From a virus (taxonomy: Duplodnaviria; Caudoviricetes), in IMG/VR virus record IMGVR_UViG_2928768511_000002, positions 11,660-75,659 of that record: 64,000 nt of DNA; one strand, given 5' to 3'. A program made the translations under genes and the position numbers. Of the stretch, positions 34,221 to 44,471 are shown one piece after another. The number at the start of each line of letters is the position of its first letter. The first letter of the stretch is position 1. The notes beneath the pieces were generated by a model, which searched no databases, was not told the DNA's origin, and saw only the letters and a program-made list of their open reading frames with translations.

Positions 34221-35648
34221 ATGACTCTGCAATACCTGCACGGCATCGAGACGATCGAACTCGACAGCCCCTCCGGTCCGGTTGAGACCGTCAAGTCGAA
34301 CGTGATCGGCTTGGTCGGCACCGCCCCGGACGCCGACCCGGATCTCTTCCCGCTCAACACCCCGGTGCCGGTGTTCGCCGACGCGCTCAAGGCGGGCCAG
34401 CTCAAGTCGTCTGGCACGCTGCTCGACGCCGTAGACGCCGTCTACAGCCAGAAGTCGGCTGTGGTCGTGGTTGTCCGCGTCTCCGAAGGCGAGAGCCAGG
34501 AAGAGACCTGGTCCAACGCGGTCGGCTCGCCCAGCGGCAAGACCGGCGTCTGGTCGCTGCTCAAGTCGCGTCCGATGCTGAAGGTCATCCCGAAGCTCCT
34601 GGTCGCGCCCGGCCTGACCTCGGGTCGTCCGACCAACGGCGTCAAGAACCTCGTCATCACCGACGACGGCCAGGACTACGTGCTCGCCAGCACGACCGTG
34701 TCGATCGCCGCTCCTCCGGCCGGCGGTCGGCAGGCGAAGGCGGTACCCCAGGTGGTCGGCGGCAAGCTGACCGGTCTGATCATCACCGACCCCGGCTTCG
34801 GCTACGTCGCTCCCCCGGCTGTGACGATCGGCGGCGCCGGCACGGGCGCAACCGCAACGGCAACCCTCGGCCACGTCGCCAACCCGGTCGGCGTCTCGCT
34901 CGCGTCGATCGTTGACCGCCTCCGCGCGGTGGCGTTCCTCGACGGCCCCGGCACGACCTACGAAGACGCGATCGAGTATCGCAACGACTACGGCAGCCAG
35001 CGCATCTCGATCGTCGACCCCGGCGTTCTGAGCTGGAACACCGAGAACTCCGTCTACGTGACGAAGCCTGCCTCGGCTTACGCGGCCGGCATCCAGGCGC
35101 GCGTCGACGAGGAGAAGGGCTTCTGGTACTCGTTCTCGAACGAGCTGATCCAGAACATCGGTGGCCCCGCCCGTCCGGTCGACTTCATGCCGAACGACCG
35201 CGACTGCGAGGCGAACATCCTCAACATGAACCAGATCACGACCATCATCCACGATGATGGCTTCCGGTTCTGGGGTCTGCGCAACACCGGCACCGACGCC
35301 CTCTGGGCCCAGCTCTCGGTGCGCCGCACCGCGGACATGATTTACGAGAGCCTGGAACGTGCTGAGCGTCCGCGCCTCGACAAGCCGTTCAGCTACGCGC
35401 TGCTCGACGGCATCACCGAGGACGTGAACGCCTACCTCCGCCTCCTCAAGTCTCGCGGCGCCCTGATCGGCGGCGAGTGCTGGATCGACAAGAACGTCAA
35501 CACCCCGGCGACCTTCTCCGCGGGTGAGCTGACGGTTGACTTCGATCTCGAGCCTCCGGCTTGCTTGGAGCACCTCCAGTTCCGCGCGCGTCGCAACCCG
35601 AAGTACTACAACGACTTCATCGAAGAGTTCAGCCGACAGCTGGCGTAA
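34221..35648 (+). CDS. Tail sheath protein
   Basis: YLHGIETIE, VIGLVGTAP, PKLLVAPG, GFRFWGLRN, VRRTADMI. Confidence 0.95.
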   Translation: MTLQYLHGIETIELDSPSGPVETVKSNVIGLVGTAPDADPDLFPLNTPVPVFADALKAGQLKSSGTLLDAVDAVYSQKSAVVVVVRVSEGESQEETWSNAVGSPSGKTGVWSLLKSRPMLKVIPKLLVAPGLTSGRPTNGVKNLVITDDGQDYVLASTTVSIAAPPAGGRQAKAVPQVVGGKLTGLIITDPGFGYVAPPAVTIGGAGTGATATATLGHVANPVGVSLASIVDRLRAVAFLDGPGTTYEDAIEYRNDYGSQRISIVDPGVLSWNTENSVYVTKPASAYAAGIQARVDEEKGFWYSFSNELIQNIGGPARPVDFMPNDRDCEANILNMNQITTIIHDDGFRFWGLRNTGTDALWAQLSVRRTADMIYESLERAERPRLDKPFSYALLDGITEDVNAYLRLLKSRGALIGGECWIDKNVNTPATFSAGELTVDFDLEPPACLEHLQFRARRNPKYYNDFIEEFSRQLA

Positions 35649-35746
35649 GCGCTCTCGACGAAATCGCCCAAGCACCAACCCACAAGCCCAAGCAAGCCGA
35701 TCCGGACTCCGGTCTGGGTCGGCTTTGTTTTTGGCCGGAGAATTAA

Positions 35747-36292
35747 ATGCCCACCACGACTCTGCGTGACTCCAACATCCTCCAGGACTTCACCGTCTGG
35801 ATCGGTGACAACGGCAAAATCGGTGAAGCCCCCAACTTCCAGCCCCCGGAAATCAACATCAACACGGAAGAGTTCCGTGGCGGCGGCATGGACGGCACCA
35901 TCGAAATCCCGATGGGTGTCGAGAAGATCGAGTTCGACTTCGAGCTGCACACCTGGGACGTGGACGTCTGGAACAACCTTGGCTACGGCCCCGGTTCGAT
36001 CGACGTGCCCGTCAAGTTCTACGGCTACATGCTCACTCCGGGCGGCGCCGAGAAGGGCGTGCAGATCTACACGCGCAGCCTGATCAAGTCGATCAAGCCC
36101 AGCAAGGTCGAGCCCGGCAAGAAGGTGACGCTGAGCGTCCATCTCGTGGCGAACTACTACCGCCAGGTGGTCGACGGCCGGAAGGTCACCGAGATCGACG
36201 TCTTCAACAAGGTCACCATCATCGGTGGTGAAGACAAGACCGCACGTGCCCGTACTCTGCTCGGCATCGGCGGCATCTCCAGCTCGCTCTAA
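35747..36292 (+). CDS. Major tail tube protein (P2 FII-like)
   Basis: EEFRGGGMDG, YYRQVVDG...EIDVFN. Confidence 0.92.
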   Translation: MPTTTLRDSNILQDFTVWIGDNGKIGEAPNFQPPEININTEEFRGGGMDGTIEIPMGVEKIEFDFELHTWDVDVWNNLGYGPGSIDVPVKFYGYMLTPGGAEKGVQIYTRSLIKSIKPSKVEPGKKVTLSVHLVANYYRQVVDGRKVTEIDVFNKVTIIGGEDKTARARTLLGIGGISSSL

Positions 36293-36315
36293 TCGATCGC
36301 GCTGAAACTATCCAG

Positions 36316-36347
36316 GGCCTCGCCATCCGGCGGGGCCTTTTCTTTTT
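36316..36347 (+). terminator. Intrinsic terminator
   Basis: GGCCTCGCC/GGCGGGGCC stem then TTTTCTTTTT. Confidence 0.7.
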
Positions 36348-36372
36348 CTGACAACACAAGGTGTGCAATACC

Positions 36373-36657
36373 ATGTCTACCCCCACCCTCCAGGTTTTCA
36401 ATCTCCAGTTCCCGTTCGAGTACCGCGGCGCGCAGTACATCGAGTTCAAGGCTCGCCGGCCCCGCGTGCGCGACCTCCGAAACTTCATCAAGAACGTGGA
36501 CAAGGACGGCGTCGCCGCCATGGAGAAGGTTCTCGCTGACCTGTGCGAGGTCGACGAGAAGATCATCTCTGAAATCGACATCGAAGACTTCGCCCCGATG
36601 AAGGCATGGTTCGAAGGTTTTTTGAAACCCATGCTGAACGAATCGACCGAATCCTAA
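36373..36657 (+). CDS. Tail assembly chaperone (gpE-like)
   Basis: RRPRVRDLR, LADLCEV, IDIEDF; lies between tube and tape measure genes. Confidence 0.85.
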   Translation: MSTPTLQVFNLQFPFEYRGAQYIEFKARRPRVRDLRNFIKNVDKDGVAAMEKVLADLCEVDEKIISEIDIEDFAPMKAWFEGFLKPMLNESTES

Positions 36658-36806
36658 GCGACTCGTTTCCCATCTTCGAGCGTTTCGGTTGGACGCTCGG
36701 AGATGTCGAGGGACTTGATTGGTTCGACTTCATGCTGGTCGCTGACGGCGTCCAGGAACTGAACAAGCGCGACGCTGAGGCTCGCGCCAGAGCGGCTCAG
36801 GGCTAA
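36618..36806 (+). CDS. -1 frameshift extension (gpE+E'-like)
   Basis: Slippery TTTTTTG at 36618-36624; -1 frame reads FGWTLGDVEGLDWFDFM. Confidence 0.8.
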   Translation, partial: FFETHAERIDRILSDSFPIFERFGWTLGDVEGLDWFDFMLVADGVQELNKRDAEARARAAQG

Positions 36807-36853
36807 CGCCCTGGGTCTTTTCTTTTTGATTCTACTCACCCCCGGAGCGGTTG

Positions 36854-39800
36854 ATGTCGACTGAACAGGAAATTCTCGATCTTAAGCTGAGGCTATCGGC
36901 TGAAGAGCGGGATATGCAGCCGATCAAGCGCTACATGCGCGATCTGGAGCGCATGAACGAGCAGGCGAAGAAGCTCGCCAACGTCAAGCTCACCACGAAT
37001 TTCATTGACGAGAGAACGCGCCGCCAAGTCATGGGCGCGAACGCAGCGGTCGACACCCTGTCCCGCTCGATGATGGACACGGCGCGGGCCGCCAAGGCAG
37101 CTGGCAAGCTGACCCATACGGCCTACACGCAGCTGACCAACGACATCCAGGCCAACGTCGACAAGCTGTCCCGGGCCACCTCCAAGAAAGATATCAACGA
37201 CCTGAACGTCAGGCTGCGCCGGCAGATCAAGTATGCCGACGCCATGGCGGCTGTCCATAACTCGGCTGCCGAGCGGCGTGAGCAGATCGAGACCCGCATC
37301 CGTGACCGGATCGCCCGGGCTGACGATGCTGCTGAACGGGAGCGCGAGAGGAACGCCATCCGGACCGACAAATCGATCCTGCGAGAGCGTCAGCGCACCC
37401 GGCGCGAGCTGATCCAGAGCCTGAAGGGCGGCTACGACGGCATGGTCGGTTTCGGCAACCGTGCCGCGATGTACAGCGCAGCTGCTGCGGCCGGCACCGG
37501 CTACGCGGCCAAGAGCGCTCTCTCCACCCGTATGCGGATGGATACGGCCGAGACGAACATGCAAATCTTCGGCGGCCTGACGAAAGATCAGGTCGAGAAG
37601 ATGCGGTCGACTTGGGGTGATGCCTCGGCCATCAAGTTTGGTCTCTCGCCCGACAAGATGATGGACGCCTTCACCGAAGTGGCGAAGGCTGGTATCCCTG
37701 ACAGGATCGCCAAGGAAGTCACCGAGTCCATCATGAAGGCCTCGGTCGGCCTCGAAATGGATTCGGTCCAGACCACCAAGCTGGCCGGCGGCGCTGCCAC
37801 CCTTCTGGGTGACATGAAGAACCTCGACCCGGCCAAACTGACCTCGATCATGACGGCCATCGCGATCGCCGCTCGAGACTCGCGCGCGGACGCGAACGAA
37901 ATCGTCGCAGCCAACCGTCGCGGTAGCTCCGTGATGAGCTTGGGCATGACCATGGAGGATCTGTCGGCATTCACGGCCGGCGGCATCTCGGCGGGCTTGC
38001 AGTCCAGCAAGACCGGTACCTTCATGGACTACATGGTGTCCGAACTCGTCAACGCGAAGTTCAAGAAGGGCGCTCGCGGCACGGCGCTCGGCGCTGCAGC
38101 CACCAAGCTCGGAATGGGCGGCAAGGCCGGTCTCTCGGCCGCCGCGGTTGCGAACCCGACCGAAACGCTCATGACCATCTTGGACAAGATGGGCGAGATG
38201 TCCGAGCAGGACCGCTCGAAAGTCGCCTACCAGATCGGCCAGCGTGAGTGGAGCGGCGAGCTGATGCAGTTCGTCCAGGTTCGCGAGAAGATCCGCGAGC
38301 TGCTCGGCGCCATCAAGGACCCGAAGAACAAGAACTACCTCGACGAAGCTTCGGAGAAGAAGCTCAAGTCGCTGAAGGGCCGCTGGAACTCGCTGATCGC
38401 TTCCTGGACTCTGCTCTGGGAAACGATGGGCGCCGGCCTCGAACAGTCCTTCAATGAGATCGTTCCGTGGCTGACGAACTGGATCGCGAAGCTCGACAAA
38501 AGCAAGATCCGCAAGGCCGTCGAGAAGGCCATGGAGGGCATCGTCAAGGGTCTCGGCTTCGACAGCTGGACCGACCTGCTGGAGAAGACTCTCGGCGATC
38601 CGGAAAAGCTCAAGGTCAACGCGGAGCTGTTCTTCAAGGTGGCCAAGGGGTTCACCGAGGGCCTGACGAACGTCTTCACCGCCGTTGGAAAGGTGTTCAC
38701 CTTCCTCGGCAAGATGTTCGGAGTCGACACCGCTGATCCGGAGGCGATGGCTCGGTTTGTCGCTGAGTTCCTCGGCTTCACGATCGCTCTGCGCTTCATC
38801 GCGCCGGTCCTCGGCACGCTGTGGACGCTGGCGGAGATCATCGTCAAGATCGGCAAGGCGCTCGGCGCCGCCAAGCTCGCAAAGGGCGCGGTTGGTGCGA
38901 TCGCCGGAAAGATCGGCGATGCCGGATCTGGAGCACTCGCTGGCGCTGGAAAGCTGCTCGGTGGCCTCGGCATCCTGCAGCTGCTGGAAGACACATTCGG
39001 CCAAGGCCAGTCCAACAGCACCGAAGCGACGAAGGCCCTGATCGACGAGCTGAAGAAGGCTCGCGAGCAGAAGGAAAAGGACAAGGCTGCCAAGCTCGAA
39101 AAGCAGTCGAGCATCGGCGAAGAGGTGAAGCAGCTGGGCAAGAACATCGAGAAGGTCGCCTTCCGGGGCGGCCTCACCGATTTCAGCTCCGTCAACCGCG
39201 GTGGCGGCATCATGAACGCTTCCTACACCACCAGCTCAGGTGGCGGTGGAGGCGGGCTGTCTGGCAATGTCCTCTCGGGCGCCGGCACTCCCAACGCGCT
39301 GCTCAACAGCACGCCGGGGCAGGCTCTGCCGAACTTCGGCGTCGGATCTGGTGGCATCATCAAACGTGACGGCATCCCGTCGTTCAGCGGCGGTGGCGGC
39401 AGCTCGACGAGCGGCAGCGTGCCGAGCGTTGGCAGCAGCGTGCCAAGCATTGGTGGAGCACCGGCCGGCGGACCCGCCGACATGAGTGTCGGCCAGGGTC
39501 TCAGTGGTAATGCGTTCCTCCAAGCGCGCCGCGCAAAGTTCGCCGAGGAGATCAAGAACGATCCGAACTTGAGGCTGCACCTCGCTGCCATGCAGCAGAC
39601 TGAGGGAGTCAGCAAGGGCGGAACGATCGAGAGCCTCATGAACCGTGCAGACATGCAGGGGAAGACGCTGCGACAGATGCTAGGCTTTTCGGCCGATGGC
39701 GTTCGCAGCACCGACAAGTACGGTAGGCAGAACAGCTTCTACGGTCCCATCCGTCGTGGTGAGATCTATGGTGCAATCCGCAGGATGCAGGCCAATCCGG

Positions 39801-40285
39801 CGGAGTTCGCGAAGTACGACGCCTTCACCCAGCGCGCTCTTGCAGGCGGTCATGTCATCGGTGGCTACACCGATCAAGGCTTGGCCACCGATCCCAACGG
39901 ATCGGCGAGGACCGGTATCAAGGGGTTCAAGATCAGCCCCAAGGACGGCAACGAGTTCACCGACTGGGTTGGTCCCGGATCGAGCTGGGGTCGTGGTCGC
40001 GCTGGTGCGATGAACTACCGTAGGTTCATCGAGCAGGGCATCGCCGGTAGCGGCGACGCTCCGATCGGCTCCGTTCCGACGCCCAGCTCGATCACGAGTA
40101 AGGTGCCAGAGGTGCCGGCCGGTCAGACACTCGGCCCCGGAATGATGCGCGGCGGCTTCGGCCCCTCGACCATCAACATCAACGGCAACAGCCACGATCC
40201 GGAAGCTCTAGCGAACCTCGTGCAGCGTCGCATCGACGAGTCGATGCAGTGGCGCATGCACGACACCGAGTCCGAATACACCTAA
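36854..40285 (+). CDS. Tape measure protein with C-terminal extra domain
   Basis: Long helical protein with TP901-like core, Gly/Ser linker, C-terminal INGNSHDPE..A..VQR. Confidence 0.9.
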   Translation: MSTEQEILDLKLRLSAEERDMQPIKRYMRDLERMNEQAKKLANVKLTTNFIDERTRRQVMGANAAVDTLSRSMMDTARAAKAAGKLTHTAYTQLTNDIQANVDKLSRATSKKDINDLNVRLRRQIKYADAMAAVHNSAAERREQIETRIRDRIARADDAAERERERNAIRTDKSILRERQRTRRELIQSLKGGYDGMVGFGNRAAMYSAAAAAGTGYAAKSALSTRMRMDTAETNMQIFGGLTKDQVEKMRSTWGDASAIKFGLSPDKMMDAFTEVAKAGIPDRIAKEVTESIMKASVGLEMDSVQTTKLAGGAATLLGDMKNLDPAKLTSIMTAIAIAARDSRADANEIVAANRRGSSVMSLGMTMEDLSAFTAGGISAGLQSSKTGTFMDYMVSELVNAKFKKGARGTALGAAATKLGMGGKAGLSAAAVANPTETLMTILDKMGEMSEQDRSKVAYQIGQREWSGELMQFVQVREKIRELLGAIKDPKNKNYLDEASEKKLKSLKGRWNSLIASWTLLWETMGAGLEQSFNEIVPWLTNWIAKLDKSKIRKAVEKAMEGIVKGLGFDSWTDLLEKTLGDPEKLKVNAELFFKVAKGFTEGLTNVFTAVGKVFTFLGKMFGVDTADPEAMARFVAEFLGFTIALRFIAPVLGTLWTLAEIIVKIGKALGAAKLAKGAVGAIAGKIGDAGSGALAGAGKLLGGLGILQLLEDTFGQGQSNSTEATKALIDELKKAREQKEKDKAAKLEKQSSIGEEVKQLGKNIEKVAFRGGLTDFSSVNRGGGIMNASYTTSSGGGGGGLSGNVLSGAGTPNALLNSTPGQALPNFGVGSGGIIKRDGIPSFSGGGGSSTSGSVPSVGSSVPSIGGAPAGGPADMSVGQGLSGNAFLQARRAKFAEEIKNDPNLRLHLAAMQQTEGVSKGGTIESLMNRADMQGKTLRQMLGFSADGVRSTDKYGRQNSFYGPIRRGEIYGAIRRMQANPAEFAKYDAFTQRALAGGHVIGGYTDQGLATDPNGSARTGIKGFKISPKDGNEFTDWVGPGSSWGRGRAGAMNYRRFIEQGIAGSGDAPIGSVPTPSSITSKVPEVPAGQTLGPGMMRGGFGPSTININGNSHDPEALANLVQRRIDESMQWRMHDTESEYT

Positions 40286-40344
40286 ACGAAAATCACCCTG
40301 GCCCTACGGGGCCGGGGTTTCCCTTTCACCTTTCAGAGGACTTC

Positions 40345-40869
40345 ATGGCAAACGTACTTATGGGCCTCGGCTCTTTGAACCCGGTTGCGCCGGGCGAGGA
40401 CCCCACGACCGGCCTTATCCTCTTCTACGTTCCGCTGCCCGGCGTCGACACTCCGACGTTCGAGTCATTGCAGCGCGACGCCCAATTCACCTGGGTCTCC
40501 GCCGACCGACTGTCGCGAGATCCTGCGATGCAGTTCGTCGGTCCCGGCGAAGAGCAGTTCGTCGTCGAAGGCAAGATGTATCCGTACCATTTCGGCGGCC
40601 TGTCCACCCTTCAGCGGCTGCGCGAGGCAGGCCGCGCCGGCAAGCCTATGATGCTCGGCCGGTTCTACCCGCTGACCGATCCGGTCGGATACTCCCTGGA
40701 GAACCTCGGCAACTTCGTCATCAAGCGCGTGCGTTCGGTCGAGAGTAAGATCGGAGCGGTCGGTATCGCTCACAAGATCGACTTCACACTCGAGTTGAGC
40801 CGTTACGGCGACGACCTCGGCAAGAACGCTGCTGACGAGGCGCCGATCACCACGAGGATCAATCTCTGA
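40345..40869 (+). CDS. P2 gpU-like tail protein
   Basis: FESLQR...W...RL.R.PA.QFVGPG; IDFTLELSRY. Confidence 0.85.
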   Translation: MANVLMGLGSLNPVAPGEDPTTGLILFYVPLPGVDTPTFESLQRDAQFTWVSADRLSRDPAMQFVGPGEEQFVVEGKMYPYHFGGLSTLQRLREAGRAGKPMMLGRFYPLTDPVGYSLENLGNFVIKRVRSVESKIGAVGIAHKIDFTLELSRYGDDLGKNAADEAPITTRINL

Positions 40870-41096
40870 TGGCGACGGTCACCTACGTCACGAAGATGTT
40901 CGATCGCCTCGATCGCATCTGCTTCGAGCGATACGGCTCGACCTCAAATCAGATCGTCGAGTGGGTCATCGAACAGAACCCGGGCATCGAGGAGCGCGGC
41001 ATGGTCCTGCCTCTCGGGCTCAAGATCGATCTTCCAGAGGCGCCCCGCACGCTCACCGCTCCCCCGGTGCTGAAGAAGGTCTTCCTCTGGGAATAA
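40869..41096 (+). CDS. Tail protein X
   Basis: DRLDRICFERYG...VIEQNPG...LPLGLKIDLP...LW. Confidence 0.88.
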   Translation: MATVTYVTKMFDRLDRICFERYGSTSNQIVEWVIEQNPGIEERGMVLPLGLKIDLPEAPRTLTAPPVLKKVFLWE

Positions 41097-41125
41097 TTCC
41101 CCCTGGCTCATATTTGGGTCAGACA

Positions 41126-41156
41126 GGCCGTCCTTCGGGGCGGCCTTTTTCTTTTT
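41126..41156 (+). terminator. Intrinsic terminator
   Basis: GGCCGTCC-TTCG-GGGCGGCC then TTTTTCTTTTT. Confidence 0.75.
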
Positions 41157-41167
41157 GGAGAGTGTGC

Positions 41168-42304
41168 GTGCCCACAGGTTACACCCCGATCTACCGCATC
41201 TACAAAGGCGGGGTCGACATCACCGACCGCTTCAATGATCGGTGTACCCAGATCAAGGTCGATCTGACGGCCGGCGGCGGCGACTCCGACCACTGCACCA
41301 TCACCCTTGACGATCGCGACTGGGCGATCTCGCGCCCTTTCCCCGGCGAGACGCTGGGCATCTGGCTGGGATACGAGGAGATCGGACTTGCCTTCATGGG
41401 CACGTTCAACATCTCCGACGTCATCTTCACCGGTCCACCGCGCGCGATCCAGCTGGTCGGCGAGTCCGCAGGTTTGAACGACTTGCAGAAGGCTCCGGTA
41501 GTCAAGGAGTTCGCCAACCAATCGCTCGGCGACATCCTCGGAAGCATGGCCGGGCAGAGCGGTCTCGGGTCCGCGATCGGCGGAAATCTCGCCGGCATCA
41601 CGATCCCGTTCAAGAACCAGATCACCAGCAACTACCACATGATCCATGAGCTGGAGCGCATGTACGGCGCCGTCGCGAAGGTCGTGAATGGACAGCTGCT
41701 GTTCATCAAGCGCGACGGGCTAAAGAGCGCAAGCGGCGTCGATATGGCAACGCTGATCCTTAACCCCGCGCACTTCGGCCAGTGGAGCGTCAAGCACTCC
41801 AGCCGTCCAACCGCGGGCTCCGTGCAGGCGTCATGGTGGGACGACAAGGACATGATCCGACGCTGGGTCGACCACGCTGCCGGCGGCAAGGACTCTGGAG
41901 GCCAGACCTTCGGTGGTCCCGTCCAGCTCGGCGGAGTCTTCAACAGCGCCGCAGAAGCGCTGGCAGCCGCGCAATCCAAAATGGAAGCGCTCAAGCGGGC
42001 AGAAATGACCGCGAAGTTCGATCTCGCCAAAGGCGATCCCTGGATCCGAGATCAGCAAGCAATTCTCGTCACCGGAATGAGAGATGGCATCGACGGAGGT
42101 TTCCTCGTCGACAAAGCCACCCACACCTACGTCAGATCTTCGGGCATCAAGACGACGCTCGAATGCAAGGCGTCTGGACCAGGCGATAACCTGGCGTTGG
42201 CGAGCAAGGAGTTTCTCCAGCCGATCGGGAACGAAACTGTAGGCGACCTTCTGAGTCACGGACTCGTGCCGCCAAACATCAAAGACATCTACCCGATCAT
42301 GTAA
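41168..42304 (+). CDS. Late control D / baseplate hub protein
   Basis: GVDITDRF, SDHCTITLDDR, MGTFNISDV, HTYVRSSG.KTTLEC. Confidence 0.85.
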   Translation: MPTGYTPIYRIYKGGVDITDRFNDRCTQIKVDLTAGGGDSDHCTITLDDRDWAISRPFPGETLGIWLGYEEIGLAFMGTFNISDVIFTGPPRAIQLVGESAGLNDLQKAPVVKEFANQSLGDILGSMAGQSGLGSAIGGNLAGITIPFKNQITSNYHMIHELERMYGAVAKVVNGQLLFIKRDGLKSASGVDMATLILNPAHFGQWSVKHSSRPTAGSVQASWWDDKDMIRRWVDHAAGGKDSGGQTFGGPVQLGGVFNSAAEALAAAQSKMEALKRAEMTAKFDLAKGDPWIRDQQAILVTGMRDGIDGGFLVDKATHTYVRSSGIKTTLECKASGPGDNLALASKEFLQPIGNETVGDLLSHGLVPPNIKDIYPIM

Positions 42305-42322
42305 ATCCCCAACGAGAGTCAA

Positions 42323-43489
42323 ATGTTCAGCAAAGAGATCATCGACGCCATCGTCGCGGCGGCGAACGAGAACGGCTGGCCGGCGTCCGCGCTGCTGGCT
42401 GTTGTCGAGTGCGAGACCTCGGGCAAGCCGTTCGAGCAGGACAATCGCACGCCTTCGCTGCTCTTCGAGCGGCACAAGTTCTACTCCGAGATGGCCAGTC
42501 ACGAGCCGAGCAAGCTCAAGGCAGCCATCAAGGCCGGCCTCGCCATCCCGAAGTGGAGCCGGAACACCCAGTACAAGGACCAGGGCACCTCGGCTGGCCG
42601 CCTCGCAGTAATCGCGCGGGCAAGGCAGATCGACGAGGAAGTCGCCAACAGAGCGGCGTCCTGGGGCCTTGGCCAGACCATGGGCTTCAACGCAGAGCGC
42701 CTGCACTACGAGAACGCGACCGCCATGGTCGCCGAGTTGTCGAAGGGCGTCGCCGAGCAGATCGAGGCCCTGGTGCGGGAGATCAAGTCGAGCAAGCTCG
42801 ACCGCTTCCTGAAGGCCAAGGACTTCGCGTCGTTCGCCAAGGGCTACAACGGCCCCGGCTACAAGCAGAACAACTACGACGTTCGCATCCGCAACGCAGA
42901 CGCCGTCTGGGCTCGCCGCCTGGCCAACGGCTTCGAGGCCAAGCCGAGCAAGACCATCACCGTGATCTACCAGTCCAAGCTCAAGGAGCTGGGCTACCCG
43001 GTTGGGAAGATCGATGGCGACTGGGGCGATCTGACTACGGGCGCGACCTCCGCGTTCCAGCGGAAGGAAGGCCTCAAGATCACCGGTCACCCGAACGACG
43101 AGACCACGCAGCACCTCGAAAACGCCACCGCGGATCAGGCTCGCGAGCCAGCCGCTGAGCGCCAGACGGCGACTGTCGACGATCTCCGGGCCACTGGCTC
43201 GCAGACGGTCGCAGCGGCCGACAAGGGCTCGCTGGTGTCGAAGATCCTGGTTGGTGCCGGCGCCGTGGGTGGCGCGTCCCAGACCGGTCTCCTCGACCAG
43301 GCTCAGGACATGGTCGGTCAGGTGCAGGCTGCGAAGAGCGTCCTCGACTCCGTCCGAGACCTCGCTACCGGCCTCGCGCCGTACTGGTGGGTCGGCGTGA
43401 TCGTGGTCGGCTTCATCACCTGGCGCTTGTACGGCGACGTCATCAAGCGCCGCCTCGAAGACCATCAAGCAGGAGTCCACCTTGGATAA
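42323..43489 (+). CDS. Endolysin: N-acetylmuramidase (DUF3380) + PG-binding domain + C-terminal TM
   Basis: AVVECETSG, LLFERHKF, ASWGLGQTMGFN, FAKGYNGPGY..NNYD; IDGDWG..T..A..AFQ. Confidence 0.88.
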   Translation: MFSKEIIDAIVAAANENGWPASALLAVVECETSGKPFEQDNRTPSLLFERHKFYSEMASHEPSKLKAAIKAGLAIPKWSRNTQYKDQGTSAGRLAVIARARQIDEEVANRAASWGLGQTMGFNAERLHYENATAMVAELSKGVAEQIEALVREIKSSKLDRFLKAKDFASFAKGYNGPGYKQNNYDVRIRNADAVWARRLANGFEAKPSKTITVIYQSKLKELGYPVGKIDGDWGDLTTGATSAFQRKEGLKITGHPNDETTQHLENATADQAREPAAERQTATVDDLRATGSQTVAAADKGSLVSKILVGAGAVGGASQTGLLDQAQDMVGQVQAAKSVLDSVRDLATGLAPYWWVGVIVVGFITWRLYGDVIKRRLEDHQAGVHLG

Positions 43490-43910
43490 GTTCCTCGAAA
43501 AGGCGAGGGCATTTTTCGGCACCACGGCGGGCAGGGTTGTTGCAGCCCTGCTCGTCGCGGCGGCGATCCTTGCCTACACGCATCACCGCGGCGCCGTCAG
43601 CACGACCGCAAAACTCGAGCCTCAGATCGAGCAACTGAAGATGCAGCTCGCCGAGGCGCAGGCGAAGCCAGCGGCTCCCGAGATCCCGTACTGGCAGTGC
43701 AATGGTCCTAAAGAGACCAGGCACCCGCAGTGCCGTGACGAGGAGGCTGAGGCCCAGCTCGCCGAGCGCGTCGCGCGCACGGAACAGGACAACGAGAAAC
43801 TCGCAAAGAAAGTAGCAGACTATGAAAAGCAGCTGGCTAAGCGCGCTGCGAAAGCTGGGGCTTTTACTCTGTCTCCCGCTGACGCTCGCAGCCTGTCAAA
43901 CATTAAGTGA
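43482..43910 (+). CDS. Putative i-spanin (Rz-like)
   Basis: N-terminal TM and coiled coil, after the endolysin. Confidence 0.65.
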   Translation: MDKFLEKARAFFGTTAGRVVAALLVAAAILAYTHHRGAVSTTAKLEPQIEQLKMQLAEAQAKPAAPEIPYWQCNGPKETRHPQCRDEEAEAQLAERVARTEQDNEKLAKKVADYEKQLAKRAAKAGAFTLSPADARSLSNIK

Positions 43911-44118
43911 AGCCCCGCGGCAGGACCGCGTGGACCTTCAGGCGTGTCTCCGGATCGCCCAGACGGTCGAGCATCCCGCGATCAAGGCCGGCGCCGACGC
44001 GCGCGCGGTGATCGCCCGCTACCGCGCCGCGCTCATCCGGGCCAACGGCAGCATCCGAGACACCCAGGCCTGCATGGCCCTGCTCGATAGGGCAGAGAAG
44101 AATGGCCTCCTCGAATGA
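43822..44118 (+). CDS. Putative o-spanin lipoprotein (Rz1-like)
   Basis: Lipobox LAAC; overlaps the i-spanin 3' end in another frame. Confidence 0.65.
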   Translation: MKSSWLSALRKLGLLLCLPLTLAACQTLSEAPRQDRVDLQACLRIAQTVEHPAIKAGADARAVIARYRAALIRANGSIRDTQACMALLDRAEKNGLLE

Positions 44119-44447
44119 GCCTCGCCGACGTCACCCTTGAAACCGTCCTCAGCCTTGCGGGGCCGATGATCGCTGCTGCCGGCCTCGTCAGCGGCGTCTG
44201 GTACCGCATGGAGAGCAAGGTGGAGAGCGTCCGTAAGGAGGGCGCCGCCGCGGTCCATGTGGTCGAGAAGGAGCTTTCCGAATTCAAATTGAAGGTCGCC
44301 GAGGAGTACGCCTCCTGGGAGACCGTGAAGAGCATCGAGACGAGGCTGACCGAGCGAATGGACAACCTCTCCGAAAACGTAATGAGGATGCCGGACCTGA
44401 TCGTCGATCGCATCTTCAAAATGGTCAATATGAGCGCTGGAAAGTAA
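44115..44447 (+). CDS. Membrane-anchored coiled-coil protein of the lysis module
   Basis: N-terminal TM LAGPMIAAAGLVSGVW; ATGA coupling. Confidence 0.6.
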   Translation: MSLADVTLETVLSLAGPMIAAAGLVSGVWYRMESKVESVRKEGAAAVHVVEKELSEFKLKVAEEYASWETVKSIETRLTERMDNLSENVMRMPDLIVDRIFKMVNMSAGK

Positions 44448-44471
44448 CCGGCGCCGCTCACCTGTGACTTC

